From positions 14,046 to 78,045 of the forward strand of contig PWHJ01000001.1 in NCBI GenBank assembly GCA_003554865.1: DNA of 64,000 nucleotides, given 5' to 3'. This stretch comes from Bacteroidota bacterium (GTDB taxonomy: Bacteria > Bacteroidota > Bacteroidia > Bacteroidales > PUMT01). The number at the start of each line of letters is the position of its first letter. Positions within the stretch are counted from its first letter, which is position 1. The notes under the pieces were generated by a model. It did not search any database. It was not told where the DNA came from and was given only the letters and a program-made list of their open reading frames with translations. A program made the position numbers and the translations under genes. Below, piece after piece: positions 30,120-39,970 of this stretch.

Positions 30120-31127
30120 TTGGACTATTCGAGGGAAGATATAAAAAAAAGGATTTCCCCAAACAGCAGGGTTTTGATCGTAACTCACAAGAATCCCGAC
30201 GGTGATGCTATGGGTGCTTCACTGGGGATGTACAATTTTCTTAAAAATATGGGGTGTACTGTCAATGTTGTTACACCCAACGAGTATCCCCGTTTTTTAA
30301 AATGGCTGCCCGGTAATGCTCAGGTAACTGTTTTTAATAGTGAGAAAACAAAAGCCAAAAATCTAATATCTAAAGCAGACACAGTCTTTTGCCTCGATTT
30401 CAATTCTCCCGGCAGGGCGGGGGAGGTCAATTTTTCCCTTACCGCCTCAAAAGCCTTCAAAATACTGATTGACCATCATCCCGATCCTGAACCTTTTGTG
30501 GATTATACTTTGTCGGATGTAACGGTAAGCTCAACGGCGGAACTTGTTTTCAGATTCATCGAATGGCTGGACTGCAGGGAGTTAATTGACCATGCTGTGG
30601 CTGAATCTTTGTTTACGGGCATAATGACAGATACGGGTTGCTTCAGCTATAATTCATCGCAGCCGGAAACTTACCGTGTTCTCTCGGAGCTGATGAAGAT
30701 GGGTGTGGACAAGGACAAGGTATATGACAGGGTATATGATAATTTTTCCGAGGAGAGAATGAGACTGCTGGGTTATTGCCTTGACAAAAAAATGGTTGTG
30801 CTTCCGCGTTATTCTACAGCTTATATTAGTTTGACAAAAAAGGAGAAGGAAAAGTATAACTTTGCCATAGGCGACTCCGAGGGGTTTGTCAATTACCCCC
30901 TTTCCATAAAAGATATAAGTTTTGCCGCATTATTTATGGAGAATGATAATGGGGTAAAGCTTTCTTTCCGTTCAAAGGGTGATTTTTCTGTCAATGATTT
31001 TTCAAGAAGGCATTTTGACGGCGGGGGGCACAAAAATGCGGCCGGAGGAGAATCGGAGCTTTCCATGGAAGATACTGTAAAAAAGTTTTGCTCTCTTTTG
31101 CCAAAATATTTTGGAGAGGATGATTAA
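30120..31127 (+). CDS. nrnA: DHH family bifunctional oligoribonuclease/PAP phosphatase
   Basis: H.NPDGDA.G, IDHH, TDTG, SFRS and GGGH.NAAG motifs. Confidence 0.9.
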   Translation: MDYSREDIKKRISPNSRVLIVTHKNPDGDAMGASLGMYNFLKNMGCTVNVVTPNEYPRFLKWLPGNAQVTVFNSEKTKAKNLISKADTVFCLDFNSPGRAGEVNFSLTASKAFKILIDHHPDPEPFVDYTLSDVTVSSTAELVFRFIEWLDCRELIDHAVAESLFTGIMTDTGCFSYNSSQPETYRVLSELMKMGVDKDKVYDRVYDNFSEERMRLLGYCLDKKMVVLPRYSTAYISLTKKEKEKYNFAIGDSEGFVNYPLSIKDISFAALFMENDNGVKLSFRSKGDFSVNDFSRRHFDGGGHKNAAGGESELSMEDTVKKFCSLLPKYFGEDD

Positions 31128-31141
31128 AATTTAATAGTAAT

Positions 31142-31666
31142 ATGAGCAGCTATTTTAAATATTCTTTTACCCTCTTGCTTGCCTTTTTTTTGATCTCTTG
31201 CGGGGAGCAGGAGCCGGAACGGGAAAGGCCCCGGGAAGTGGACGGTGATGAACTTCTCAAAGCCAACCGCCAGCTAGTGGCAAGGGAAAGGGATAAGATC
31301 GAATCATATGTTGGCCGCCGGGGTTGGGGTATGGAGAAAACCGGCAGCGGGTTGTGGTATGAGGTATACGAAAAAGGCAGCGGTGAAGGGGTGGAACAAG
31401 GCATGAATGTTAAAATCGACTACAAGGTAAGCCTTCTTGACGGTACGGTTTGTTACAGCTCCCGGGAGGATGGATACAAAACCTTCAGGGTAGGCCATTC
31501 TGATATTGAAGCCGGACTTGAAGAAGGGGTGCTTATGCTGGCAGAGGGAGACAAGGCCCGTTTTGTTCTGCCCTCCTATCTTGCCCACGGCCTGATCGGC
31601 GATCAGAAAAAGATTCCTCCGCGTGCGGTAATTGTTTATGAACTTGAAGTTTTAAGTGTTGACTGA
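31142..31666 (+). CDS. FKBP-type peptidyl-prolyl isomerase lipoprotein (GldI-like)
   Basis: Lipobox LISC; SGLWY, GLEEGV and AHG..GD..KIPP FKBP motifs. Confidence 0.85.
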   Translation: MSSYFKYSFTLLLAFFLISCGEQEPERERPREVDGDELLKANRQLVARERDKIESYVGRRGWGMEKTGSGLWYEVYEKGSGEGVEQGMNVKIDYKVSLLDGTVCYSSREDGYKTFRVGHSDIEAGLEEGVLMLAEGDKARFVLPSYLAHGLIGDQKKIPPRAVIVYELEVLSVD

Positions 31667-31711
31667 TCTTATATTTTGCCCGATATGTTTTTCATTTTTT
31701 TTCAGCCTTAT

Positions 31712-32587
31712 ATGACCAGTCGCATTACAGCTTTATCTGTGGTACTGTTAATGCTGATAATTACCTCTTGTGGGCAAAAAAGTGAATTTCCCGGATTTTC
31801 GGTTACGGATACCGGCATTCATTACAGGCTGAACAGGATCGGGGAGGAGGGGGATAAAGCAAAACCGGGCGACTATATTACAGTTGAGGTTACATACAAA
31901 ACCACGGGTGATTCGGTTTTTTTTAATGGCGTAAGGAAATTCAGGCTCTCCACCCCCTCCTTTCCCGGATCGGTGGAGGAGTGTTTTATGATGCTTTCAG
32001 AGGGTGACAATTGCGATTTTATTATTTCCGCATCAGATTTTTTCAAAAGGACCCTGGAAACGGAATTGCCGGGGTTTTTGGATGAAGAGGACAAAATGGT
32101 TATAAATGCCGAAATGATAAATATACAAAGTGAAGATGAGTACCATGAAGAAAGGAATGCTTTACTTGATCACCTGAAAAGATACGATATTGATGCAGAT
32201 ATTGCTGATTTTGAAAGGATTGATGTGAGGGAGGGAATGGGAACTGATTCTGAAATGTCAGCCATTCTTTTTTACAGGCTCCGTGAAGGCTCGGGCAATA
32301 AGATCAGTGAAGGCGATACGGTTGTATTTCATTATACAGGAAAATTTTTGGACGGTACGGTATTTGATTCTACAAAAGAGAGGGAAGAGCCTTTTGAATT
32401 TATTTACGGTCATGAAGGCCAGCTTATCAAAGGTCTGGAAAAAGTTATGCCTGAAATGCGCCGTGGAGGCAAGTCCCTGGCTATTTTGCCGCCGCAGCTG
32501 GCATTCGGGGAAAAAGGGTCTTCTACCGGAATAATTCCCCCGTCTGCTTCGTTATTGTTTGAAATAGAAATATTGAGCGTAAAATAA
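31712..32587 (+). CDS. Two-domain FKBP-type PPIase lipoprotein
   Basis: Probable ATG at 31712; lipobox ITSC; C-terminal YTGKFLDGTVFDS and AFG..G...IPP. Confidence 0.85.
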   Translation: MTSRITALSVVLLMLIITSCGQKSEFPGFSVTDTGIHYRLNRIGEEGDKAKPGDYITVEVTYKTTGDSVFFNGVRKFRLSTPSFPGSVEECFMMLSEGDNCDFIISASDFFKRTLETELPGFLDEEDKMVINAEMINIQSEDEYHEERNALLDHLKRYDIDADIADFERIDVREGMGTDSEMSAILFYRLREGSGNKISEGDTVVFHYTGKFLDGTVFDSTKEREEPFEFIYGHEGQLIKGLEKVMPEMRRGGKSLAILPPQLAFGEKGSSTGIIPPSASLLFEIEILSVK

Positions 32588-32636
32588 CGTTAAAAAATAA
32601 AAGAATTATTAATCAGTAAGTGAAAAAAATAAAATT

Positions 32637-33554
32637 ATGAGGGGTAAAAGTTTATTGAGGGTTGCATTGGTTCTGCCTCTGCTTATGTTTGGGGTTCTTT
32701 CGTGTAGCCATGACGACGATGAAAAGCTGAGAGAAAGAGAACAGCGCCTTCTTGAGCAGTATCTTAATGATAATAATATTACACAGGAGCCGAGAGAAAG
32801 CGGCTTGTATTATCTGGAGCGGGAAGAAGGTGACGGACCGGCCCCCCAGGAGGGCAACTATATTATAATGGAATACAGGGTGAGGCTTATTACCGGCCGG
32901 GTTATTGAAACAACCGATGAAGAAGAGGCAAAGGAAAATGATCTTTACAATCCCGATATGGTTTACGGTTCTTATAAGTTCAATATAAGCAACACCCCGC
33001 TTGAAGGGGTAAGGGAAGGTTTGTCTCTTATGAAAGAGGGCGGGGAGGCAAGGCTTATAATTCCTTCTGAGCTGGCCTATGGTGCACAGGGGACGGGTAA
33101 TGTTCCACCTTTTTCAACGCTGATATTTGACATTAAGCTGAAGGAGGTTATTGACGATCCTGAAAGGCATGAAAGAAGGCTTATAAGCGAATATGTGGAA
33201 GAGAACAATATTACCGAAGATCCCGATGATTCGGGGCTTTACTACATTGAAAAAGAGGAGGGACTTGGAGATAGCCCTAAAAGGGGATTTACGGCAATTG
33301 TCCATTATACCGGCTGGTTTATTGACGGGAGACAATACAATACAACAAAAGGCGGACAGCCTTTTGAATTCAACGTAGGAGACCAGGAGGTAACTCCCGG
33401 CTTTGAGGAAGGTATTAAACAAATGAAACCGGGCGGCAAGGCCAAGTTCATAGTGCCATCCTGGATAGGATACGGTTCAGATGGAACACCTGACGGCAGA
33501 ATACCTCCCTATATGACTCTGATTTATGAAGTGGAGCTGATTGAGGCTTATTGA
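32637..33554 (+). CDS. Two-domain FKBP-type PPIase lipoprotein
   Basis: Lipobox VLSC; duplicated NNIT..P..SGLYY.E.EEG.G..P repeat with two FKBP domains. Confidence 0.88.
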   Translation: MRGKSLLRVALVLPLLMFGVLSCSHDDDEKLREREQRLLEQYLNDNNITQEPRESGLYYLEREEGDGPAPQEGNYIIMEYRVRLITGRVIETTDEEEAKENDLYNPDMVYGSYKFNISNTPLEGVREGLSLMKEGGEARLIIPSELAYGAQGTGNVPPFSTLIFDIKLKEVIDDPERHERRLISEYVEENNITEDPDDSGLYYIEKEEGLGDSPKRGFTAIVHYTGWFIDGRQYNTTKGGQPFEFNVGDQEVTPGFEEGIKQMKPGGKAKFIVPSWIGYGSDGTPDGRIPPYMTLIYEVELIEAY

Positions 33555-33618
33555 TAAAAACCTGGCTGAAGCGGTTTAGGCAGCCGGGCACCTGAAAAAT
33601 ATGGTTTAATTTTAAAAG

Positions 33619-33650
33619 GCCGGTCTTGTTAATGATACATGACCGGCTCT
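33619..33650. terminator. Hairpin between convergent FKBP and methyltransferase genes
   Basis: GCCGGTC (33619-33625) pairs with GACCGGC (33641-33647), with A-rich and T-rich flanks. Confidence 0.5.
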
Positions 33651-34352
33651 TTATTTTCTGTGGATCAGAAAAATCGCGGGTCTTTTATTCAGATCGGGCA
33701 CATCTTTTTTCCAGCGGTCAATTGTTTGGGTTTTAATATATTCACTCTCCAGTGTTATGTCACATCCTATGCAAAGATATGTACCGCTGCTGCACTGGCT
33801 TAACAGGTCTTCAATCAGCTGCATATTCCTGTATGGTGTTTCCATGAATATTTGTGTCTGATTCAGGGTTTTTGACCTTTTTTCAAGATTTAAAATTGAT
33901 TGCCTTCTTTCCTTTTTTTTTATTGGAAGATAACCGTTAAAGGCAAAATTCTGCCCGTTCAGTCCGGATGCCATAAGAGCAAGTATAACTGAGGATGGGC
34001 CGGTCAGTGGTATTACACGAATACCTTTGTTGTGTGCGGGCAGAACAATCTGGGAGCCGGGATCTGCTACACAGGGAACTCCCGCCTCGGAGATAAGTCC
34101 CATATCATTGCCCTCTATCGCGGGAGTTAAGTAATTTTTTATTTCATTTTCTGGTGTGTGCTTGTTGAGCGGATAAAATGTCAGGCGGTTTACCCGAACG
34201 CCGGCTTTGACAAGAAAACGCCTTGCCGTCCTTTCATTTTCAACAATAAAATGGGATATGCCAGCAAGCAGGTTTAATGTTTTGTCCGGGACTGTATCCT
34301 TTGGATTAAGACCGCCCAGTGTATTGGGTATAAGATATATGCTTCCCTTCAT
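33651..34352 (-). CDS. RsmI-like tetrapyrrole-methylase family SAM-dependent methyltransferase
   Basis: YLIP..LG, SEAG.P.VADPG, GPSS..LALMASG..GQ.F.F.GYLP and ETPYRN. Confidence 0.88.
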   Translation of the reverse strand: MKGSIYLIPNTLGGLNPKDTVPDKTLNLLAGISHFIVENERTARRFLVKAGVRVNRLTFYPLNKHTPENEIKNYLTPAIEGNDMGLISEAGVPCVADPGSQIVLPAHNKGIRVIPLTGPSSVILALMASGLNGQNFAFNGYLPIKKKERRQSILNLEKRSKTLNQTQIFMETPYRNMQLIEDLLSQCSSGTYLCIGCDITLESEYIKTQTIDRWKKDVPDLNKRPAIFLIHRK

Positions 34353-34486
34353 ATGTAATGCTTTTTGATCCCGGCAAAGTTATTGAATCTTTTCAGCTTT
34401 TCAATCCAACAGCCTGTGCCCGCTCAAAACTTTTGCCGTTTTTTAAGATTATGGTAAATTTGGATTTAACTTAAAAGATCAGAACT

Positions 34487-35254
34487 TTGAAAGTAACTTT
34501 TTTGGGCACAGGCACTTCGCAGGGAGTACCCGTTATAGCATGTACCTGCAGTGCCTGCAGATCTCAGGATGTAAGGGATAAGAGATTGCGTACTTCTGTT
34601 ATGGTTGAAATTGCGGGTTTGACTTTAGTTGTGGATTCCGGTCCCGATTTCAGGCAACAAATGCTAAGGGAGAATGTAAAAAAGCTGGATGCGATACTTT
34701 ATACACATGAGCACAAAGACCATATTGCCGGACTTGATGATGTCAGGGCATTTAATTTTGTGTTTCAAAAACCGGTAGACCTGTATCTTGAAGAGCGTGT
34801 GGGTGGAGCAATAAGAAGGGAGTTTCCCTATGTATTTGATGAATACAAATATCCCGGAGTGCCGGAGATCAACTTGCATACAATTGAAAATAAACCTTTT
34901 GAAATTAAAGGAGTGAAAGTAATACCCGTGCGTGCCTATCATTACAGACTTCCGGTTTTTGGTTTCCGGATAGGGGATTTCACCTATATAACCGATGCAA
35001 ATTATATACCCGGGGAGGAAAAGAAAAAAATTGCAGGTTCACGATATATAACACTAAACGCACTTCGCAGGGAAAAGCATGTTTCACACTTTACACTTTC
35101 CGAAGCGCTTGATATTTTTAAGGAATTCAGACCGGAAAGAGGTTATATTACCCATGTTAGTCATCAGATGGGACTCTACAGTGATATCCAGCGAGAGCTT
35201 CCCTCCGGGGTAATGCTTGCTTACGATGGTCTTCAAGTTATGTGCTGCTGTTGA
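34487..35254 (+). CDS. PhnP-like MBL-fold metallo-hydrolase (phosphodiesterase)
   Basis: LGTGTSQGVP..CxCxxC, HEHKDH, YITD, SHF and AYDG motifs. Confidence 0.88.
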   Translation: MKVTFLGTGTSQGVPVIACTCSACRSQDVRDKRLRTSVMVEIAGLTLVVDSGPDFRQQMLRENVKKLDAILYTHEHKDHIAGLDDVRAFNFVFQKPVDLYLEERVGGAIRREFPYVFDEYKYPGVPEINLHTIENKPFEIKGVKVIPVRAYHYRLPVFGFRIGDFTYITDANYIPGEEKKKIAGSRYITLNALRREKHVSHFTLSEALDIFKEFRPERGYITHVSHQMGLYSDIQRELPSGVMLAYDGLQVMCCC

Positions 35255-35258
35255 AATA

Positions 35259-35272
35259 ATGATATATATCAT
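35259..35272. promoter_or_regulatory. Perfect 14-bp palindrome upstream of pta (candidate regulator site)
   Basis: ATGATATATATCAT, ending 77 bp upstream of the pta start. Confidence 0.35.
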
Positions 35273-35349
35273 AAGAAGTCTGACTAAAAAAAAACAATTT
35301 TACGTTTTTACAAAAAAAAAATATACTAATACTTAAACCCCTAATATAT

Positions 35350-36351
35350 ATGGATTTACTTGAAAATATCAAAAAAAGTGCCATCCGGCATTCAAAACGT
35401 ATTGTATTGCCGGAATCGCTTGAAGAACGAACACTTAAGGCCGCCGATATATTACTTAAGGAAAATATTGCTAAGATCATTCTTACTGGTGATCCTGCAA
35501 AAATTCAGGAGGAAGCCAAAAAGCACGGCCTTTCAGAAATATCCCGCGCAGAAATTGTCAATCCCCCGGATCATCCCAATAAGGAGAAATATATTGACAT
35601 GATGGTTGAGATTCGCAAGAAGAAGGGACTGACGCGTGAAGAGGCGGAAAAGCTTATAGAGAATCCCCTGTACTTGGCTACCCTGATGATAAAGGCGGGT
35701 GATGCTGACGGGGAAGTTGCCGGCGCCATGAATTCAACCGGTGATGTACTTCGTCCGGCATTCCAGTATGTAAAGACGATGCCAGGAATAAGCGTGGTTT
35801 CGGGTGCCTTTATAATGATTTTGAAGGATAAGGAGTTTGGTGAAGAAGGTTTGATGATATTTGCCGATTGTGCAGTTCATCCCGATCCGACAGAAAGGGA
35901 GCTTGCCGAAATTGCAGTTGCAACGGCACGCACAACAAAAGCCATTGCTGGTTTTGAGCCTAAGGTAGCTATGCTGAGCTTTTCGACCAAAGGAAGTGCA
36001 AAGCACGAGATGGTTGACAAAGTGGTGAACGCCACAAATATCGCCCGTGAAATGGAGCCGGAGCTGAAAATTGACGGTGAATTGCAGGCTGATGCTGCAA
36101 TTGTTGAAAAAATTGGTCAAAGTAAGGCACCTGACAGTAAAATTGCAGGCAATGCCAATGTATTGGTTTTCCCGAATCTTGAATCAGGCAATATTGCCTA
36201 CAAGCTTGTACAGCGCCTGGCTCATGCGGAAGCTGTCGGACCTGTACTTCAGGGTATGGCGGCCCCGATCAACGATCTCTCCAGAGGCTGTTCAGTGAGC
36301 GATATTGTAAATTTGGTTGCCATTACGGCAAATCAGGCAGCAAGCAGATAA
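35350..36351 (+). CDS. pta: Phosphate acetyltransferase
   Basis: RIVLPE, FADCAV, AMLSFSTKGSA, DGELQADAA and GP.LQG..PINDLSRGC. Confidence 0.96.
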   Translation: MDLLENIKKSAIRHSKRIVLPESLEERTLKAADILLKENIAKIILTGDPAKIQEEAKKHGLSEISRAEIVNPPDHPNKEKYIDMMVEIRKKKGLTREEAEKLIENPLYLATLMIKAGDADGEVAGAMNSTGDVLRPAFQYVKTMPGISVVSGAFIMILKDKEFGEEGLMIFADCAVHPDPTERELAEIAVATARTTKAIAGFEPKVAMLSFSTKGSAKHEMVDKVVNATNIAREMEPELKIDGELQADAAIVEKIGQSKAPDSKIAGNANVLVFPNLESGNIAYKLVQRLAHAEAVGPVLQGMAAPINDLSRGCSVSDIVNLVAITANQAASR

Positions 36352-36412
36352 AACGAAAAAATTAATTTTTTAATTAAATATAAATAAAACTGGCATATAA
36401 AAATTAAGTACA

Positions 36413-37621
36413 ATGAAAATATTGGTTTTGAACTGCGGAAGTTCTTCTATAAAATATCAGCTTTTCAACATGGAGACAAAGGATGTGCTTGCAAAAGGAA
36501 TTGTTGAAAAGATCGGGCTGGAGAGTTCTTTTATAAAGCTTGAAAAGAACGGTGAGGACAAATTCCCCTTTGAGGGTGAAATAAAAGATCACCAGGTAGG
36601 CATAGAGCATATTCTTGAAATTCTTACCGGTAAGGATAACGGTTGCCTGGAAAGCCTGAACGATATAGATGCCGTGGGCCACAGAGTTGCCCATGGAGGT
36701 GAAAAGTTCAGTGACAGTGCATTCATAAATGAAAATGTATACAGTGAAATTGAAAAGTGTTGCGAGCTTGCGCCATTGCACAATCCCGCAAACCTGAAAG
36801 GGGTAGATGCAATGAAAAACCTGATTCCCGGTATAAGGCAGGTGGCTGTGTTCGATACATCCTTCCACCAGACAATGCCCGATTACGCCTATATGTACGG
36901 CATCCCTTATTCGCTTTATACCAGATACGGGATCCGTCGATATGGTTTTCACGGTACAAGTCATCGCTACGTGGCCAATAAAGCGTGTGAGCATCTTGGC
37001 AAGGATATTGAGAAGATGAAGATAATTACCTGTCATTTGGGTAACGGAGCTTCTCTTGCTGCCATTGACAAGGGCAAGTCAGTGGATACCTCAATGGGAT
37101 TTACCCCGGTGGAAGGTCTGGTTATGGGAACGCGTACCGGTGACCTGGATCTTGGTGCGCTTCTTTTCATTATGGACAAGGAAAATTATGACCTGAAAGA
37201 GGCTAATAACCTTATTAATAAGCAGTCGGGCATGCTTGGGGTCACCGAAATATCATCTGATATGCGCGAGATTGAGATTGAAGCTGAAAAAGGTAACAAG
37301 CGTGCTGAAGTGGGGCTTAAAATGTATGATTACCGGGTGAAAAAATATATCGGGGCTTACGCTGCTGCCATGAATGGTGTGGATATGATAATATTCACCG
37401 GCGGTATAGGTGAAAATGCTACCACTACACGCAAAGGGGTGTGCCGGGGTCTTGAATACCTTGGCTTTGAATTGGATGAAGAAAAAAATGACGGATTGAG
37501 GGGAAAAACAGCCGTGATCAGCAAACACAGTTCAAAGGGAACAATTATGGTTGTCCCCACCAACGAAGAGCTTGTCATTGCAGAGGACACCCGGCGGATT
37601 ATATCGGAAATGGATAAATAA
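36413..37621 (+). CDS. ackA: Acetate kinase
   Basis: VLNCGSSSIK, GHRVAHGG, APLHNP, YGFHGTSH, TGGIGEN and PTNEEL. Confidence 0.97.
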   Translation: MKILVLNCGSSSIKYQLFNMETKDVLAKGIVEKIGLESSFIKLEKNGEDKFPFEGEIKDHQVGIEHILEILTGKDNGCLESLNDIDAVGHRVAHGGEKFSDSAFINENVYSEIEKCCELAPLHNPANLKGVDAMKNLIPGIRQVAVFDTSFHQTMPDYAYMYGIPYSLYTRYGIRRYGFHGTSHRYVANKACEHLGKDIEKMKIITCHLGNGASLAAIDKGKSVDTSMGFTPVEGLVMGTRTGDLDLGALLFIMDKENYDLKEANNLINKQSGMLGVTEISSDMREIEIEAEKGNKRAEVGLKMYDYRVKKYIGAYAAAMNGVDMIIFTGGIGENATTTRKGVCRGLEYLGFELDEEKNDGLRGKTAVISKHSSKGTIMVVPTNEELVIAEDTRRIISEMDK

Positions 37622-37704
37622 AGCCTTGTACATGAGGAGATTGTATATAACGTTATTGCGGGTAAGCCGGCAGTTGATTCAGGCGGCTTATCAACTGTGA
37701 CTTT

Positions 37705-37744
37705 AAAATTACCAAAGGGCGTTGCCTTTTGGTAATTTTTTTTT
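37705..37744 (+). terminator. Intrinsic terminator after ackA
   Basis: AAAATTACCAAAGGGC-GTT-GCCTTTTGGTAATTTT hairpin running into a long T tract. Confidence 0.75.
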
Positions 37745-37804
37745 GTATTTTTCAAAAACAGCCGGAGAAATAATATGTTTATTGTTTAATTTAAATAAAA
37801 ACAG

Positions 37805-38710
37805 ATGCAAATTAAGAAACTTGAAGAATTATTCGACATTTTAAGGGGCCGTGAAAAGAAAAGGCTGACCGTTGCATGGGCTGTTGATGCACATACTGTA
37901 GAAGCCGTTAACAAGGCGGTTGAGCTGGGGCTTGTGTATGCAACCCTGGTTGGTGATGAAAACACCATCCGCGAAGTATGCAGGGAACAGAATATTGACC
38001 CGGACAAGTTTGAGCTTATAAATGTTGAAAACGATATGAAAGCCGCCGCCGCTGCAGTAAAGCTTATAAATGAGGGCAAAGGCAATATGCTTATGAAGGG
38101 CAATTTGAGCACCGACAAGTATATGAAGGCAATACTGAATAAAGAGAACGGGCTTATGGATCAGGGTGCCGTTTTGAGTCACGTTACTGTTATGGAAATT
38201 CCTTCTTACCATAAATTGCTCGTCGCCGGGGATGCGGCTATTATACCTCTGCCAGAGCTGAAACAAAAGGTTGCCATAACCAATTATCTTATAAATACAG
38301 CACGGGCAATTGGAATAGAAAAACCCAAGGTGGCCCTTCTGGCTGCAACTGAACAACCTTCACCAAATATGCCTGCCTGTACCGATGCGGCCATAATATC
38401 GAAGATGGCCGAGCGCGGACAAATAAAAAATGCCGTGGTTGATGGTCCGCTTGCCCTTGACCCGGCAGTTGACAAAGAATCGGCTGCAATTAAAGGCATC
38501 AAAAGCGAAGTGGCTGGTGATGCCGACTGCATATTGTTTCCCAATATAGAATCGGGTAACATTTTTTACAAGGCAAATGCAAAGCTTGCCGGAGGAGAGC
38601 AGGGTGCAATAGTGGCGGGAGCAAGAGTTCCCGTGGTATTGTCATCGCGGGGGGATACATCCAGGACCAAGCTTTATTCAATAGCGCTTGCTGCAATAAC
38701 GGCAAAATAA
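37805..38710 (+). CDS. ptb: Phosphate butyryltransferase (branched-chain phosphotransacylase)
   Basis: LMKG...T, LSHV, DGPLALD.A, PNIESGNI.YK and GA..P.VL.SR.D. Confidence 0.9.
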   Translation: MQIKKLEELFDILRGREKKRLTVAWAVDAHTVEAVNKAVELGLVYATLVGDENTIREVCREQNIDPDKFELINVENDMKAAAAAVKLINEGKGNMLMKGNLSTDKYMKAILNKENGLMDQGAVLSHVTVMEIPSYHKLLVAGDAAIIPLPELKQKVAITNYLINTARAIGIEKPKVALLAATEQPSPNMPACTDAAIISKMAERGQIKNAVVDGPLALDPAVDKESAAIKGIKSEVAGDADCILFPNIESGNIFYKANAKLAGGEQGAIVAGARVPVVLSSRGDTSRTKLYSIALAAITAK

Positions 38711-38835
38711 ATTGCCGGGATAGCTGTACACGGGGAGGCAGGCGGAAGAGACCTTCCCCTTCTTACGGCTGCCATTAACCATCAGATACAAGCGGCTTAG
38801 TAATATTAATAATTGATATAAACAAAGATTTAAAA

Positions 38836-39912
38836 ATGGATGATTTATTGATTTTGACCGTAAACCCCGGTTCAACCTCCACAAAAGTGGCCGTTTTCAA
38901 CAACAACAAGTCAGTTTTTTTAAAAAACATCAAACATTCCGGAGAAGAATTAAAACCTTTTAAAAAGATCACAGACCAGTATGAGTTCAGAATGGAAAAA
39001 ATTCTGGGTGAGCTTGAAAATGCCAACATTAAAATTGATGATATTTCTGCCGTTGTTGGGAGGGGTGGACTGGTCAAGCCCATTGAATCGGGCGTTTATG
39101 AGGTAAACGAGAAAATGCTCGAAGATCTCAGGGAAGGAGTTCTTGGTCAGCATGCCAGTAACCTGGGTGGTATAATTGCACACGAGATAGCTTCCCGCAC
39201 AAAGGGTTCAAGAGCATTTATAGCCGACCCGGTGGTGGTTGACGAGATGCAAGATGTAGCAAGGGTTGCCGGTCACCCCAGGTTTAAACGTATCAGCATT
39301 TTTCATGCCCTTAACCAGAAAGCTGTTGCCAGGTCGCACTCGGCATCATTTGAGAAAAAATATGAAGAGCTGAACCTTATTGTTGTTCACCTCGGCGGGG
39401 GAGTCTCGGTAGGAGCCCACTGCAGGGGCCGCGTAATCGATGTCAACAATGCCCTCGACGGAGAGGGGCCTTTCTCTCCAGAGAGGTCAGGAACTCTTCC
39501 GGCAGGGGAACTTGTTAAAACCTGCTTCAGCGGCGAATTTACAATGGAGGAGGTAAAAAGTATGATTACCGGTAATGGAGGCTACATGGCATATTTTAAT
39601 ACCAATGATGCCCATGAAATTGAAGTTAGGGCCAAAAAAGGGGATAAGGAAGCTGCTCTAATCCAGGATGCATTGGCATATCAGGTAGCAAAGGAGATAG
39701 GTTCTATGGCAACGGTATTGAAAGGAAAGGTGGATGCAATTATTTTGACCGGGGGGATGGCCTACAATAACATTTTGGTTTCCTGTGTACGTGAAATGGT
39801 TTCTTTTATCGCGCCAGTGGCGGTCTACCCCGGTGAAGATGAAATGAAGTCCCTTGCCATGAACGGGTATATGGCTTTAAACGGAGCGGTTGACATAAAA
39901 AAATATGAATAG
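38836..39912 (+). CDS. buk: Butyrate kinase
   Basis: NPGSTSTK, GRGG, HASNLG, FHALNQKA, GEGPFSPERSG and YPGEDE. Confidence 0.96.
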   Translation: MDDLLILTVNPGSTSTKVAVFNNNKSVFLKNIKHSGEELKPFKKITDQYEFRMEKILGELENANIKIDDISAVVGRGGLVKPIESGVYEVNEKMLEDLREGVLGQHASNLGGIIAHEIASRTKGSRAFIADPVVVDEMQDVARVAGHPRFKRISIFHALNQKAVARSHSASFEKKYEELNLIVVHLGGGVSVGAHCRGRVIDVNNALDGEGPFSPERSGTLPAGELVKTCFSGEFTMEEVKSMITGNGGYMAYFNTNDAHEIEVRAKKGDKEAALIQDALAYQVAKEIGSMATVLKGKVDAIILTGGMAYNNILVSCVREMVSFIAPVAVYPGEDEMKSLAMNGYMALNGAVDIKKYE

Positions 39913-39970
39913 TAAAGCCAGTTGATACATATTTTTTTTAATTTAATGACAAATTATAGCTTTGCTGAAT

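Noticed and set aside
35240-35254. Cys-Cys-Cys-TGA end of the PhnP-like gene as possible selenocysteine readthrough
   Set aside because: The protein is already full length, the next codons are AT-rich intergenic sequence, and no SECIS-like hairpin is visible
35286-35321. Poly-A tracts upstream of pta (also T12 near 3624 and A10 near 40902) as phase-variation sites
   Set aside because: Homopolymers are common in AT-rich Bacteroidota intergenic DNA; none lies clearly within a promoter spacer
36404-37036. 210-aa minus-strand ORF opposite ackA
   Set aside because: Antisense shadow without motifs
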